Shown: positions 35,127 through 48,941, counted from the whole stretch's first letter. The stretch: DNA of 62,055 bases, filler included, from Sphacelaria rigidula (GCA_964200075.2; 9 parts of 9 records of this genome joined end to end with filler, not necessarily neighbours in it); one strand, 5' to 3'. The notes: generated by a model not told the origin, from the sequence alone. Numbers and translations: made by a program.

Positions 35127-36751
35127 CAAGGGGCCCTACAGACTGGAATGCGTTACGCAGGGCCTCGGATTCCCGAAACCCTCCCTCTGGGCGAGGGGGG
35201 GGGGAGGGGGGGTGCTACCCCCTTTTGGAGGGGTGGGTACCCCTCTGATCAGATGGATAATGACGACAGTAGGTACTGTACTTTGCAGTACGTGCATGAA
35301 CGGCTTCTCCTGGCTTGTGCCAGGCTTGTGTACAAATTGTGTATGGTACGGTTGCACGGCAGGTGGTAGGGGTACGTCGACGTAAGTAACGTTCAAGTCT
35401 TGATTATTATTCGTGAGAAAAGCATCCTCTCGTAAGGATCGACTAGACAACATGCGGCACGATACATGAACCTGTGAAAATTTCTGGAAACGTAGCCGTG
35501 GTTGTTCTGAGACCCGCACATTGTTGGAGTAGACTATGCCAGCATGAATAAAGATTACAGGACCGTGACTTCTTTACTACTTTCTTTACCGGCATCATCT
35601 TTACGAGATTCTCGTTTGTCCCTTCTCCTTGTGTCGCTGTGCAGTATGCCGACCTTTAGAGATGGCCATTTGAACAGCTGTCCGGGCGCGCGCACTGCCT
35701 ACGCGGGCACCAGGTGATCATCCTTGAATCATCTACAATTGTTTGATACCATGGAAGTACTGTCATAACCTTTTCATGCCGGTTGGAATTGTACACGGTG
35801 AGGACAAATAAGATCGTGATTCAACTCATGTTCATCATTTCAACAAATAAATAATACGATTCGTACATCATGTGTGATTTATACAGGTTTTGAGCTATTG
35901 TGTCGTGCAGTACACCGTCAACAGTACCACTTTCCTACCTTCAGGTCATTGGGGGTAGATCATGGGCACATATTGATCCCCTGTAAAAAAATGCGGAATG
36001 AATCACTTGTACATGCCGCCCACACTTACCATGAGGCGTGAATGGCATCTACATCTATGTCATGCGTATGACTCGTGCGGAACGAAGAGTGGGTATATCG
36101 TTAAATCCTCTCATCTCATGGGCCTTGCATCAGTCGTCCTTTTCTCCCGATCTGTATGCGGTTGAGATGACTGTACTGCATGTGTGATACACCGTCGGGT
36201 ACATGCGAGACCAACAATTCATACAGGTTGACTCCTGTCGTTACATGAGTAGTAAACTCGTATGAATCGTGATTTGTCCTAACCATGGAATTATTCAGTC
36301 AAGTCACAGTAGTAGTGTATAACTTTGGTGTCACTCAGCGATACATATAACCCGTCGTGCACTTGCCTTGATGGACAAACAGAACGCTATCGGGTTCACA
36401 TCTTGAGTATGCTGCCCTCTCCAGCATTGCGCCCTCACTACTGTAACATCTATCCCAAAGTCATTATCCAGCGGTCACCTTGACTGAAAAGTCATCATCC
36501 AACCGCCAAGTTCTCTTCCCTGCGGCCGCTAGAACAACTGATATGCCCAATCTCCTCGGTTTTGGGCTGCTCGGGTACAGGCCAGCATCGTGGTGGTGAA
36601 AATACACTTCAATTCTGTATACTGGCGAAGAAACAGGGGGGGAAAGGTTTTTGGACACCATTATTCGATTTTCCTCAATCTCGACCGCCTCTGGGAGGGG
36701 GGAGCGAGGGGGGGGGGCTGCGTAACGTATTCCAGTCTGTAAGGCCCCTTG
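35127..36751 (-). mobile_element. ~1.6-kb TIR element with a decayed transposase-like remnant
   Basis: 34-bp TIR CAAGGGGCC(C/T)TACAGACTGGAAT(G/A)CGTTACGCAG; minus-strand peptide SSFRTSHTHDIDVDAI (~36040-36090) resembles the GHTH-x-D-x-D motif of Sola-type transposases. Confidence 0.7.
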
Positions 36752-36898
36752 GGCCAAGTACCGTGATGTCGTTCTGTATACCACGCACGAGTATGATCTG
36801 ATCGATTTTACACCGCATCATCAGACAACTTAGGTTGTTGTGTGTAGCTAAGATACATGCTCATCAAGTGGTTTAGGTTTTGACCGGCCAGATCCTTG

Positions 36899-36938
36899 CT
36901 GTTGTTGTTGTCTTTGCATCAAAAACCGTTCCGATATC
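36899..36938 (-). mobile_element. Non-LTR retroposon 3' end with (CAA)n tail
   Basis: GTTGTTGTTGTCTTTGCATCAAAAACCGTTCCGATATC. Confidence 0.5.
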
Positions 36939-37548
36939 TCCACTGCTGTAGATGAACATATTGAGGTGAAGTGAAGGTCATGTGTTGCAATAATCGCCCT
37001 ATCCAAATTGTTGAGTAGTGCGATCTTGGCCTTGAACGATGAGTTGTAGGTAGTTGTACCTTCCTGCTAAGTTTTATTCTGCTGCAGTTCGTGCAATGTG
37101 AGTAATCTTCGATCGCGTGTCGGACAGGAATACTGAAAAATGACGTTTTGGCGAGTACAGATATCGTAATCTGCCCGTGCTGCTTTGGGAGGGCTGTCGA
37201 TCGTTGGTTTGTTTGCTGTACTGGGTGAAATTGAGACGGACACTTCGATAGGGACATAAATTCAGATATACACTACAATTTGTTGTCACTATTATTGTTG
37301 TTTTTGCTCCGTCCACTTCTTCGACTCCGTCGCGTCCTTCTCGGGGATGTTGAAGAAAGTGACACAAAATCGGGCAGAACACTGCTGGTTTCAGACTGCA
37401 TGAAGCGTGTCATATGGGCGACATTGGCAATAATGCCCCCACGAGTGGGAGTTTCTAATTGCCCCATTTCCTCGGCTTCTGCCTTTTTCTCTCTATATAT
37501 ACATGTAGGTTGTGCTTCCTCAACTTAGTCACTTTCCTGGGGGAGGTG

Positions 37549-37923
37549 TAGACCCTGGCCAGGCAAGCCGAAGGCGTGCCTCAGTCAAATGTATCAGGCC
37601 TGCCGCGAAAAAAATTGCGATCAGGTAAAAACTCAGGCATGCCTGACACTTATTTTCATGCCTGAAAGTGTCAATCCATGCCTGAGATGCCTTGGCTCAT
37701 AAAGGAGAATGCCTTAGACTTGACTGAGACAATCTCCCCGATATCCCGAATAATTCGAGCTGGCGTCGTCACAAGCATGTCTCACTTCCATTTATTTTTG
37801 TGGTATAAGTATTTACGTGGCGCAAACAAGGCATCTCAGAGATCAAACACCGTCTCAGGCAACCCCTTTCTGAAAAGGGACCCTCAGACAAAACGTAAGG
37901 CGTGCCTGATTGACCAGGGGCTC
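37549..37923. mobile_element. 375-bp hAT-like MITE
   Basis: TIR TAGACCCTGG../..CCAGGGGCTC; multiple TCAGGCA/TGCCTGA subterminal motifs; 8-bp TSD GGGAGGTG/GGGAGGGG. Confidence 0.7.
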
Positions 37924-40900
37924 GGGAGGGGAGTGCGGCATCCGATCACTGTATTGCCGCTTTCTTTATGACAGTTTTCGGGCTGGTTTGGGGGGGGGGG
38001 GGGGGGGCTATCGCGGGACATCACTCGCCTGTACCTGTAGCGTAGTCTGAAACTCTTTTATGGTTATGATATTGCCAAAACCTACATGGGTGTGGTACGG
38101 TGTCGACTAATCACAAGTTAGCTTTAGTATTCCAACCTGCGATTTCGCGAAACCGACGGCAGCAAATGGTGTCCCAGTCGAGGTCAACAGCAGAGATCAA
38201 TAGAGAACCGTCGGATCTAGAATGTACGTACTTCTCTCTGAGAGATGGGTCTAAAGTTGAAACACAGCGTTGTTGGAGTTTAAACCACGAGCAACTAACG
38301 ATTGATCGTGCGGTATATGAAAGATGCGCCCACGCTAGCTATCCGCTCACCTATACGCGCCCCGCCAATAGCGGCGGATATGGATATGCACCAGCAGCGA
38401 GGGGGCGGGCAGAGGTAATTGAGAACCGATCTACACGCGGTTCGGTTTAGAACCAATAAAACTCTGCTGAGCAAACTTGGGCCACACGAGGTGAAATAGA
38501 CACGAAGAAGGTGATGACATATATAGCGTTTTTATCATTGTTGCTAGTGTCGATATAAAATAATTTATGTGATGCAAAACCGTAATTGAATATTCCCTTT
38601 AGTATGCAGTTCCTGAGCTTTCTACCACCCACTCTACCTATGAGATAAGTATATCTCAAATTTACGTACGTCTTTAAATAATGGCCCCAGCAATTGCGGG
38701 GTGAACGACAGAATCGCACGCACAATTCAAGCATAAACAGGCAAGCAGACAGACCGTGGCTCGTAGGAGAGGGAAGGAGGTGGTCTAACGCGGAAGGTGA
38801 CTTGGTACACAACTAAGCACCGATATACATACAATTTGCGCCATCAGGGCTGGTATTTATTCAGAAACCGAGCCTGACGCCGAAGAGGCTCTCTCCAAGA
38901 AAAGGCCTCGCGTGCAAACTAGCACAGGGCAACCTGAAATAAATATTATGGGATCAAGATAGGCCAGGTCCCAAAAAGACGGACACATCGCCGAAAAGCA
39001 TCTGGAACGGAAGAGGGAAAGGAGGACTCAAGTCTCCAGTGACTGCGGTACCCCAGAACGGATGCTGCCGTAGTACCGACGTTTAGTCGGGTCCAGGTGT
39101 TGCAGTAGAATCGAATAACATCGTTCTAGAGTCTCCTCCGGTGTCAGCTCGGGTGAAGTTGTGCACGATAAAGCACCTTCATCTCGGCGCGCCTGTAGAG
39201 ACAACAGTACATCCAGTACGGTACCGTTCACACAACGCATAATGTTTTCGCCCACGAAGTAAGCGAAACGCAACCATGGACATTTCGTCTAGAACGAAAA
39301 CTGTGTATCGAACGAAATCGGTCGCATAGCATTACTGCAGGTAACTTGGTCTTCTTTCTGACGGCAGTTTGCACTCGCAGCCGCTCACGATTGCTGCAGT
39401 TGCGTGATTTACCTACCCAATGACCTGACTGACCCCGGTTGCGGGCGTGCGCGTGTTTGTTCTTGTGTTTGTTTTGCGCTTTGCCTACTTCAGCAGCGCT
39501 AGGTTACCCTGACTTCTTCTTGCCCTTGGCTTTGCTGCATGCTCACGTAAACAACTGGCAGAAGCCGGCGACCAAACGAAACACTAGCCTGGAGCGGGGG
39601 GAAATCTCGCACCCGAGTGAAACTAGCAACGTCGGCGATTTTGGTAGCTACGACTCGTATCGAGGAATACCGTCCTGCGAAAGGACTGTCGAGGCACGCA
39701 GCACGCTCCTGGGTCGGGGGAGGGGAAGCAGCTACTGTAATCGGCTCGTCCGTCGCCCCCACCTTACCAGATCACCTCAAATATTGCAGGTACGCGCAGT
39801 TAATATATATTGTAGATACTGGACACAGTCGTATACAGGATAGCACGAGCAGCCCCGTCAATGCAATACGACGGTCTCACACTGTAGTCGTCTCCCGGTA
39901 TCGCCTGTAACAATCAGTATCGGAGTTTTTTTTTTTGCACTATTATTATGTCCTTCACGGTGCTGTACTCTGGTGCTCTCATTTGTCCTACTCCTTTTTC
40001 GTGTAGACGTGAATGAGTTATAGAGCTTCTCTTCCGAACTATACAGTCAAGGCAGTGTCGGAAGCTCAGCTCCCCTCCAGGGAGAACTGTCCTCCGTTTC
40101 ACGGTACTCATCCCTGATGAAGAGATGGCCGGAGTTTGTTCTCGCTCGACGTCCGCTCCAGGTACAGACTCAGCGGTTGAGCCGTAACCAATGGCTTCAA
40201 GACTTGAACTCATTATCTCGTTTCCCGCTGAAGGACGCTTGGATCGAGTGGATAATACGATCGGGTGAAGAGTTGCTCGAAAGATAGGGCTGGGGTTGAG
40301 TGTTGTTCCCTCTACTGTATACTATTACTATCATACGTAAATGTGATCTGAGTAGCGGCGTGTTTCTCCATCAGCCCTTGGGAGTCAATTTTTTATCTCG
40401 ACTCTGACTCTCATTGTTTTTCAAATACTTCGGCATGTACGGACAGTACAGTACCTTGTTGGGTTTGCCACATTTTATTGCTTTTTTGTGTTTTCCCGGA
40501 CTGTTTGGATCAAGACTATACACCCCCTTGAGTATCTGCGACCGGGAGCACGTTCAATCATTTTTTTTTTTTTATGCTGAGTTTGAAACGTGTTGGTTAT
40601 ATCCGAGTGCTGTGCTGTCTTCGATGAAAGGGAGGCTCTGCAAACTCCCAAAAGTATGAGATGAACACGGCGCCATTCGTGCAAACGCAGCGGACGCTGG
40701 CTCGCCGCTCGAACACCCAAACCAGCGTTGTACTGTAGGTACTATGGACCACCAAGTTGGACCAATTCCAAGATGCTTGCGTCACGGCTCGAGCTCAACA
40801 AAACCTTCGCGCATGCGTAATCCTGCTACGCGATTGTTGTTTTCGGAGCAGTTCCCCATTTTCGGAACAGCTTTCCCGTCTGTTTTTCTACACCCCCGAG

Positions 40901-40950
40901 CCCAGGTGTGTATGTACCCTGGCTGAACGTCGACTGACGTGGGGGGGGGG

Positions 40951-41021
40951 TGTACTCATGATCATGCATACCATAGTCATAAGACCATTGACCTCGCATC
41001 TCTACAAAGCCGGGACGGAGC
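40951..41021 (-). mobile_element. Full-length G-run-anchored element, subfamily 2
   Basis: G10 + TGTACTCATGATCATGCATACCATAGTCATAAGACCATTGACCTCGCATCTCTACAAAGCCGGGACGGAGC; same GACGGAGC end as subfamily 1. Confidence 0.8.
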
Positions 41022-41278
41022 ACGCCGGGTGTTCGCCGGACCAGGCCCGCACTCAATCACCAAAGCGCCGTGGTGTGTTCGGCGAGTCGCATGAAGGGTG
41101 AGCTGCATCCTGCTAAGATTGTTCGGCCCCGAGCCTACTGATTATCTTGCATTCGGATCTCAGCCTCCAATGAGTTGCTTTATTTCGTGGTATCGCCACT
41201 TCCTGAGACAGCCACGGCTTACACACTGCCTTATGGGTGCCTTACCATATGAACATATGATATGATGTGGGGGGGGGG

Positions 41279-41339
41279 CGTACTCATTTGTTGCTTGCCT
41301 TAGTCATTTGACCATTGACCACGCATCCCTTTCGAGACG
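41279..41339 (-). mobile_element. G-run-anchored element cut by the contig end
   Basis: G10 + consensus core up to ...TTCGAGACG. Confidence 0.85.
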
Positions 41340-41854
41340 NNNNNNNNNNNNNNNNNNNNNNNNNNNNNNNNNNNNNNNNNNNNTTAATTAATTAANNNNN
41401 NNNNNNNNNNNNNNNNNNNNNNNNNNNNNNNNNNNNNNNCTGACACACTTGTGAGCCTCTTTTTTCGTGCAAGCAAATACCCCCCCCCTATCGTAGGATG
41501 ACTCCGTACACCATCCCTCACACCTAGCACTGCGTCCTATCCCTAGGCCCATTTTTTTCATTCCAAGCTCACTGCTGTCAATTCATCAACAAGAGCGATG
41601 TACAGGATGATTGTCAGAACTAATACATCGAGAAGCAGGAACGGTACGACTGACTACTCTACAGTGCCGTGACTTTCACCTAGAGCACTGCTACACCATA
41701 ACATGTAGGTCCAAGATTGCTCGTTGAACTCGGGAAAAATAGTCGAAAACCAAAATGGCCGTACGCGAGAAAAAACCACACGGCCCCCTCGGCACGAAAA
41801 TATTTATTCACTCTTTTTTGTCATGCTCATCAGCCGCAGCAGGAAAAAGCTTCA

Positions 41855-41955
41855 CCTGTAGACCGCCAGGGTAGTCCATCTAGATCATGCATAATACATT
41901 TTTCGAGTGAAATTGATATTTATTCGACAGGTGACCTACTTTGGCTGTCCAAGGG
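41855..41955. mobile_element. piggyBac-like MITE, copy 3 (diverged)
   Basis: CCTGTAGACCGCCAGGG...GATCATGCATA...TGAAATTGAT...AAGGG followed by TTAA; colinear with 13111-13208. Confidence 0.65.
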
Positions 41956-44900
41956 TTAAGCAGCTTCACCCCCTTCTCCGAATGAAACGAAAGTAGGAAA
42001 AAAAAAAAAGAGAGCTGCAGACATGAAAGAAATCGGCTGATGGATGAGAGAGAGTACGGCGACACTATGAAAAGTAACACACAACTTCGGGGCCCCCAGA
42101 TACAAGTCACAAGCTCGAAAAATAGCGCGTACGAAAGCCAACAATCAACCACCAATCCTCCGATGAGGATATTCCGATGCCGATGGGGGCTGAAAACGTG
42201 AAATTACTCGCGGCCTTTATCCATTCTATGTCCATAGCTCAAGCGACGAAGCATATGAGGTGTACACATTGGACGAAAAGAGAAGTTGTACCAGCAAGAC
42301 GTACAGCATAATCCAAATCATGACTAGTTGACCAACATGCAAAAGCAGCAAATTGGACGAGCTGACGACATCAGTTGCCACGTCAGAGACTCAACTCCGA
42401 TGACCACGCCGTACACGAAATGCAAAACACCACGGTCTGCAGTACGGTAAAGTCACCGCGCTCAGCCCCAAACGCTAGCATCAGGCCGGTACCCTCAGAA
42501 GCGGGCATGGTCTACTATGTGGAACAACAGTCACATCGAAGGTTTCACCGCCTCGTCAGCTGCCTTCTCTTGCGCTTTGACAGTTATCTGTGTGCAGTCG
42601 ACCGCCTTGCAACAAAGTGCGAAGAAGCTGCACCAGCGGGCTAACGCATGGCAGCGAACACGGGTGCGGCAGCGGAGTTGTCACCCAATGCAGAAGGGTC
42701 AGCAACTCACCCTGAGGCACCAGAGCCTGTTCACCAGCCGCTGGCGCGGTGGAGACTGCTGTCTCACTCATGCTCGCTGGGAGCGGTCTGTGTGAGAATT
42801 TCCGAAACACCCCCACGACATTTCTGTTCGCTTCATGGTTCTCTGGTGAAAAATGAAGACGCCGAATCGTGGGGCGTGTTAATCGAAAAATCCGCGTCTC
42901 CTTCCACCTCCAGCGTAGACTACACGGATTACCGACTTGATGTGCCTTTTCAAAGCGCGTTATGCCGGTCTCCAGCATACGCATTCACGCGTTGGGTACG
43001 TAGTACAACTACTCTTGTTGTGATGAGGTTGCCAAGTATCATGTGCCTCTTGAAAGCATGTGTTGACTTCTCGCCTTGGACTCAACTACCCCAATCGAGA
43101 AGGGCACAACAATATCGGCCATTGGCGCTGCACGGCAATCCAAATTGGCAACGACTACCAACAGGAATCATCAGTCTTTCGTGTCGTTGTGAGGAGGGCG
43201 CCAACCATACATATTCGTCTTCATGTCTTTGATTTGCAGCGACCCCCAAGAGCCATCGCGCAAACTCTTGGCCACGACTTCTCACATTGAACTAAACGAG
43301 GTTAGTCTTGGACGACGTTGTTTGCGGAATGCACGTCCCGACCCACCTTCGGCTTACACAGGCTGCCGACGACGCTTTAGATGTGCATTATTTCAACTGG
43401 CAGTGTTGGAGTTGATGTTGTGATTAGCAAACGCGGACTAGGGCAATTCTTACAGGTTATAGTGTATTCAATTGTTGTGATGAATCCACGGCGAAGCACA
43501 AACCACCAGCATTATAGCCATATTAGTAGTACTACTGTGATGAATTCATCACGAGACATTTTGTATGTGCGAGTCTCCATATCGAGTGTAGGCTTCAACC
43601 CCAATCGAGATGAGTGTGGTATAAAGAACGAAGGTCCCCAGTCACTGCACCATACATGAAACCATATTTCTGCTCACAGGTTGAGAAGACACCACCTACA
43701 AACAGCCCCCTGCCGGTGGCGTCACGTGTGGCCTCTGGTCTATCTGAATTCTTGGCGACGTCTTTTCTTCACCTTCGCGATAGATGCAGTCATTCTCCAT
43801 GTAGCCGCCATTACCAGTCCCAGGTCACTTATCTGGAGATTAGCAGCCCAATATCAGCGATTGGCTGCACATGACAATTATAATATCTACGACGTGTAGT
43901 TACCCAGACCCGCCGCCACAAGTTTCAGACAGTTTTTTGGAACAACAGTGTCGAGCAAAAGGTATTGATGGAAAAAAGACGACGGTTGGGCGTGATTGAG
44001 CTCACGACTTTGGCGTAGGCAAGATCAGTCCACACTCGTACTGTCTTACTGTGCGGGCTGTATGTACCTACACATCAAATTGGACTCCGCAGCATGCGTT
44101 ACGGAAAGCCCCTGCGCCGCTGAATAGTTCTGGTGTGTGGCAAGCGCACGCATCAAACTGCACTCCAAACCTCTGCTTCGTCGTCAAGATATCTGCATTG
44201 AAAGATACGCACATCAACATACTGCAACAAGAAGGGCACAACAACCACACGAGCAGCAGTTCCTATCCTCCTGTTGTAACCCTGTGCACAGGTGTACAGC
44301 AACGTCAGTCACAGGGTTGTTATAGAATGTAACATTGCAATATTTCATTCCGTATGAGCGCCGTCGTCATTTCGAGTGACGTGTGTACTTGTGATTGATA
44401 CTGATTGGCTCATGTAGGTTTCATTTCTTCTGCATTCAAGTGACTGTAGTTGGCTGGCCCATTTTCCCTGTATAAAGGGCCCACAATCGGGCCCCATTAA
44501 GCCCCATGACAGTTATACGCCGAAATATTGGAAAAAAAAAACTATTTCGGAACAAAACGTGACATTTTTTCGCCTCGTCGCGTACTGCTGCAACATGCAA
44601 CCCCAGTTCGAGACAGATGGACTTGTTGACTGTGGTTAACATGATATGTGGCCGAACCTTCAGCACGTTGCAACGCCGACAGCGTGTGTGCGACCGTACC
44701 TCCCGATCTGAGCACCTCTACAGTCGATGCGGGCATAAATTTGTACAGATTGTCCTTATTCAGAGGGTATCCCAGTACATGTCAAGAATTACCCGCGAGC
44801 ATAGCAACCCCCCAGATGCTCATGATATGGAAGTGAGTGCATGAGCGTGTCCTGATGTGCATTTACTCGCGGTGTACAAGCTCTGGGCTGCGAGAAAGCT

Positions 44901-47607
44901 ACTTTGAGGGCGAATCGTGGATGTTGCCGATATTCCAAACAGTTGCTTTGTTGAGCTTGCCTGCTCGCCCGAACGTGCCGCCGACTCATGCTTGCTGTCT
45001 GTCTTATGTCCGACTGGCGGACCAATTTTCATGGTGGTGATTCTACCCACGGTCGAGAAATTATCAAGCAAAGCCTCTTTTCAAATGTGCAATGATTTTC
45101 GTGGGCCAAGTGCGGGAGTTCACAAATGTAGGGCCGGCATTCTGATATATTGAATTCTTTTTTATTTTGGCATAGAAGAACGTTTTCGAATGCCATTAGC
45201 ATGGAAATTCACAAATATTGGGCGGGCAGTCTGATATATTGTGGTTTTTGTTTTTTCTTCTGGCGCAAAACAACTTTTTCGAATGGTATCAGATATATGC
45301 GAGCTTTTGTGCGTGTAGGACACAAGAGCAAGAAGATTTAAGCCATACGTCACCCAGAACAAACACTAGATCACCCAATTTCCTCCGCAGAACGATGGCC
45401 ACCAGGTTGTACATGTTGAAAATGCATATGAACGCACTTCGGACGTAATATATATGTACTCATGTATCACCAGATCAGCACATGTGCGTTCGCGCATTGA
45501 GATTCAGCAGATATTGATTTCTGCGCATGTGCACGTACTAGGTTCGGCACTACAAGATAAGACACTGGCTTTCAACGACCGGGTGTATCGCCGTCCAGCT
45601 TCCGGGACATGTATCCTTGTTCTATTCCTAGCGGCCGACGGAAACAGAAGCAGGACAGATGAGGAAGCTAACATATATCATCCGGATGAGAACAACGCCC
45701 CAGACGTGGAGGTATTCTGCGAATCTACAGCAACTTTCCCAACGGTTGGCAGATTACTTGGCATTTTCCATTTGACGAATCGGGAGCAGGAATATGGTAT
45801 TGTGTTCTGTCGCACATGTGGATTGTTCATGGGGCATGGATAAGCCTTTCTTTGCTGTCTCGCTTCGTGAAACGGACAGGGCGCACGCTTGAACAGCTAT
45901 TGCGACCGATGGAATGCCACGTGTCCATCAATACTATAGCGCGTCACGGTAGGTGTCACATTTTCGGTCTCGCGCTTGTTGAATAGACAGCCCGCGTTGC
46001 TCCTTATGACCACAGTACCGTACAGTGATGTATGTAACCGTACTAAACATGACACAGTCACCTTGTACAGTTCCGGTCATGGAACAATGACTGCGTCTTA
46101 GATGCGGATGATACATGTAGGAGTCTTATACTTTTGATGGGTCAACCATAACTGTCTCTCAGTCGGTCACCTCCCACACGATTCAGGTTGTGGTTCGGTA
46201 TCGCATGCAGCCTCTTCAAACCAACAGTTGAGGCGGTGCCATGCATTTCCGTGCCGGCAAGCGCCTCATGATGCGTTCACATGCTCTCCCTCAAAACAGA
46301 CGGTGAAGAGGACAAATCAGGTAGTTTCAGTCATTATGGAACCCCATGAAAAATGACAGTTATATTTATGGAAGGATTCGCATGGTCGTGTCCCATCGGT
46401 CGATGGCTTCACGCTGTATTACTTTGTACAGCGGAACCCCGACTACAGTGTAGTCAAGACCACCCATCAGGAGTCTCATCCGCCATCCTAATACTCTGCT
46501 CACCCGTCCACAGGATCGCGAAACCTTGTCGGGGTGGTGTACGGGACGCTCAGGATGCTTCACCACCTTACGCTCAACATTTTTCGTTGTCTTTGAATTC
46601 ATGGCCAGAACAGCATGCAAGCGCCGACCTCACATCATGAATACCCTGTCATCCACGATGTATGTGGCGACGTATGTGTAGGTTCACAACTGCAGCCCAT
46701 AAACACCGGCGGCGGCCAAGACTCAGCACAGCACAGCTGATGTGTATCATTTTCGATTACGAACAGTTGCTTCGTTTATACAAACTCTTGTGAAAGTTTT
46801 GGAGACGACTAGAATCCCCCAAGATTGTTTCTTCACCTAGTACCCCGATATTTCGGTCATCAAAATCCAGAATTGTATGGAGTGTAGTAGTAGTAAAAAG
46901 CTACCACCAAGTGAAGAAATGGAAGCATACTCCGGAGATTTGGTGTGGATACGAAGATTTTAATTCTCCGAGTTTTCATCCCCAGTAAAAGATCCATATC
47001 GAATTCGTAACTTCCCGGGGCCTGTCCCGATCATATCTGTAAAAAAATGTGGATAAAAAAAAAAAATCTACTCACTCATCACACTAGATCCGAAATACTA
47101 TGTTTCACGGTCAATAACACCCTCCTGATGAACGGGGTACTTGCTCGTATCGCCCGATAACACCAACTAACACTGACTTGGACAATGTGTTTCGACAAGG
47201 ATCTATTCATTGTACCAAACTTTGCCGACGCTAGCAACTTCAAGTTATATCGAAGAGTAGTATGCGAGGAAAACCCCGAAACACCCCTGAATAGTTAGAC
47301 CGCCCACTACTGTAGTGCTTCATTCGCTCTCGAATCTTTCTGCAATAGTGTAGAGCACGTCCCATTCCCTTGAATAATCTTGCGAGTAGTGCTGTAGTTG
47401 TTGGCCTCAGCCTCCATGAAGCATGGTCTCAGTTGAGTGTAGGCAGCTGCTTTTTTTCCCGAGTACTTTGAGCGACAACGAAGTCATTCGTTATCTGAAA
47501 ATCTTCAACTCGTTCTCGATCATGATTCACGAACTGTTTTCCGCGGTATTCGCATTTGTGCTACTGTCAGCAGTTGGTTTCCGGAGAAGCACCACGCGAA
47601 GGAGCTA

Positions 47608-48245
47608 ATGGCCGAAGTCGCGAGGAAAACGTGCCTCAACAAGGGCTGCTCGAAGCCATCTCACGGTTCACACGGCTCCATGCCGGACTTGTGCTCTCAG
47701 CATGCCACGGCAGGAATGGTGAATGTGGTGAGCAAGAGGTGCGGCCACGAGGGCTGCTCCACGCGGCCGTGGTATGGTGTAGCGGGAAGTAAGAAGGCGC
47801 AGTTCTGCTCGAGGCATGCCACAGAAGGAATGGTGCGTGTGAGGAGCAAGAGATGCGGCCACGAGGGCTGCTCCACGCAACCGTCGTATGGTGTAGCGGA
47901 AAGTAAAACTGCGCAGTTCTGCTCGAAACATGCCATGGCGGGAATGGTGAACGTGGTGAGCAAGAGGTGCTGCTACGAGGGCTGCCTAACTCATCCGTCG
48001 TATGGTGTAGCGGGGAGCAAAAAGGTGCAGTTCTGCTCCAAGCATGCCACGGTGGGAATGGTGCGAGTTATTAGCACGAGGTGCGGTCAGGAGGGCTGCT
48101 CCAAGTGGCCGTCGTATGGTGTAGCGGGGAGTAAAAATGCGCAGTTCTGCTCCAAGCATGCCCCGGCGGAAATGGTGTATGTGAAAGGCAAGAGGTGCGG
48201 CCAGGAGGGCTGCTCTACTCATCCGTCGTATGGTGTGGCGGGGAG
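47608..48245 (+). CDS. EsV-1-7 cysteine-rich repeat protein (3' end lost at contig break)
   Basis: Uninterrupted ORF with tandem 38-aa C-x4-C-x16-C-x2-H repeats (KRCGHEGCSTRPWYGVAGSKKAQFCSRHATEGMVRVRS), the pattern of the EsV-1-7 domain family expanded in brown algae. Confidence 0.92.
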
Positions 48246-48941
48246 NNNNNNNNNNNNNNNNNNNNNNNNNNNNNNNNNNNNNNNNNNNNTTAATTAATTA
48301 ANNNNNNNNNNNNNNNNNNNNNNNNNNNNNNNNNNNNNNNNNNNNTGGCATCTACTGTAGCAGATTCTATTGTTATCGCAATAGATGCCGTCTATTGTCC
48401 AGGGTGTGAAGAAATTACGGATTCTGCATACTTCTGACGCTGACTACTGTAGTGCATAGAGAAGGCGTGTACATGTAGAAATGCAATTTTCCCATTTCGC
48501 ACTCTCTGCAGGTAATGCTTGAGAAGATATTCGTATGGCGCATGACATCTTGCGTTACGCCATGCGGGGTTACTCCTAGGGGTATTATCAACGGATCTAC
48601 TCTTTCCCCTGAAATCTCCAATTTCACAGCGGAGGGGGAGAGGGAGATTATCCGGGGAATGCGAGAGCAGGTCTCTGAGCGAGGTCAGGCTATAGATCAA
48701 TTTCAAACTAAATGCGGATTTCTCCGAAAGTGTAGCGTCGTAAATTCCATTCTGCCATTTTCGTCGGGGAAGGAAATCAAAGTTTTCGGGAAAAGTAGAA
48801 ACAAAAATGAAGGGAGGTGCTCCTTTAGTAAGACCCCTTAGCAGTCGATGCACATCCAATTTCACCACGGCTTACGGCACACTACCTGTGCATCCTCCTA
48901 ACCCGAAACTGCTGTTACACCGGTGCTTCTCCCGTTCTCAG

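Noticed and set aside
41279-41339. Density of the G-tract element as a genome-wide estimate
   Set aside because: Three copies lie at contig ends, so short contigs are probably enriched for it; copy number cannot be extrapolated from this window.
42375-43900. Cluster of medium ORFs, including 42648-43232
   Set aside because: May be decayed coding DNA, but no motif or consistent exon structure was recognisable.
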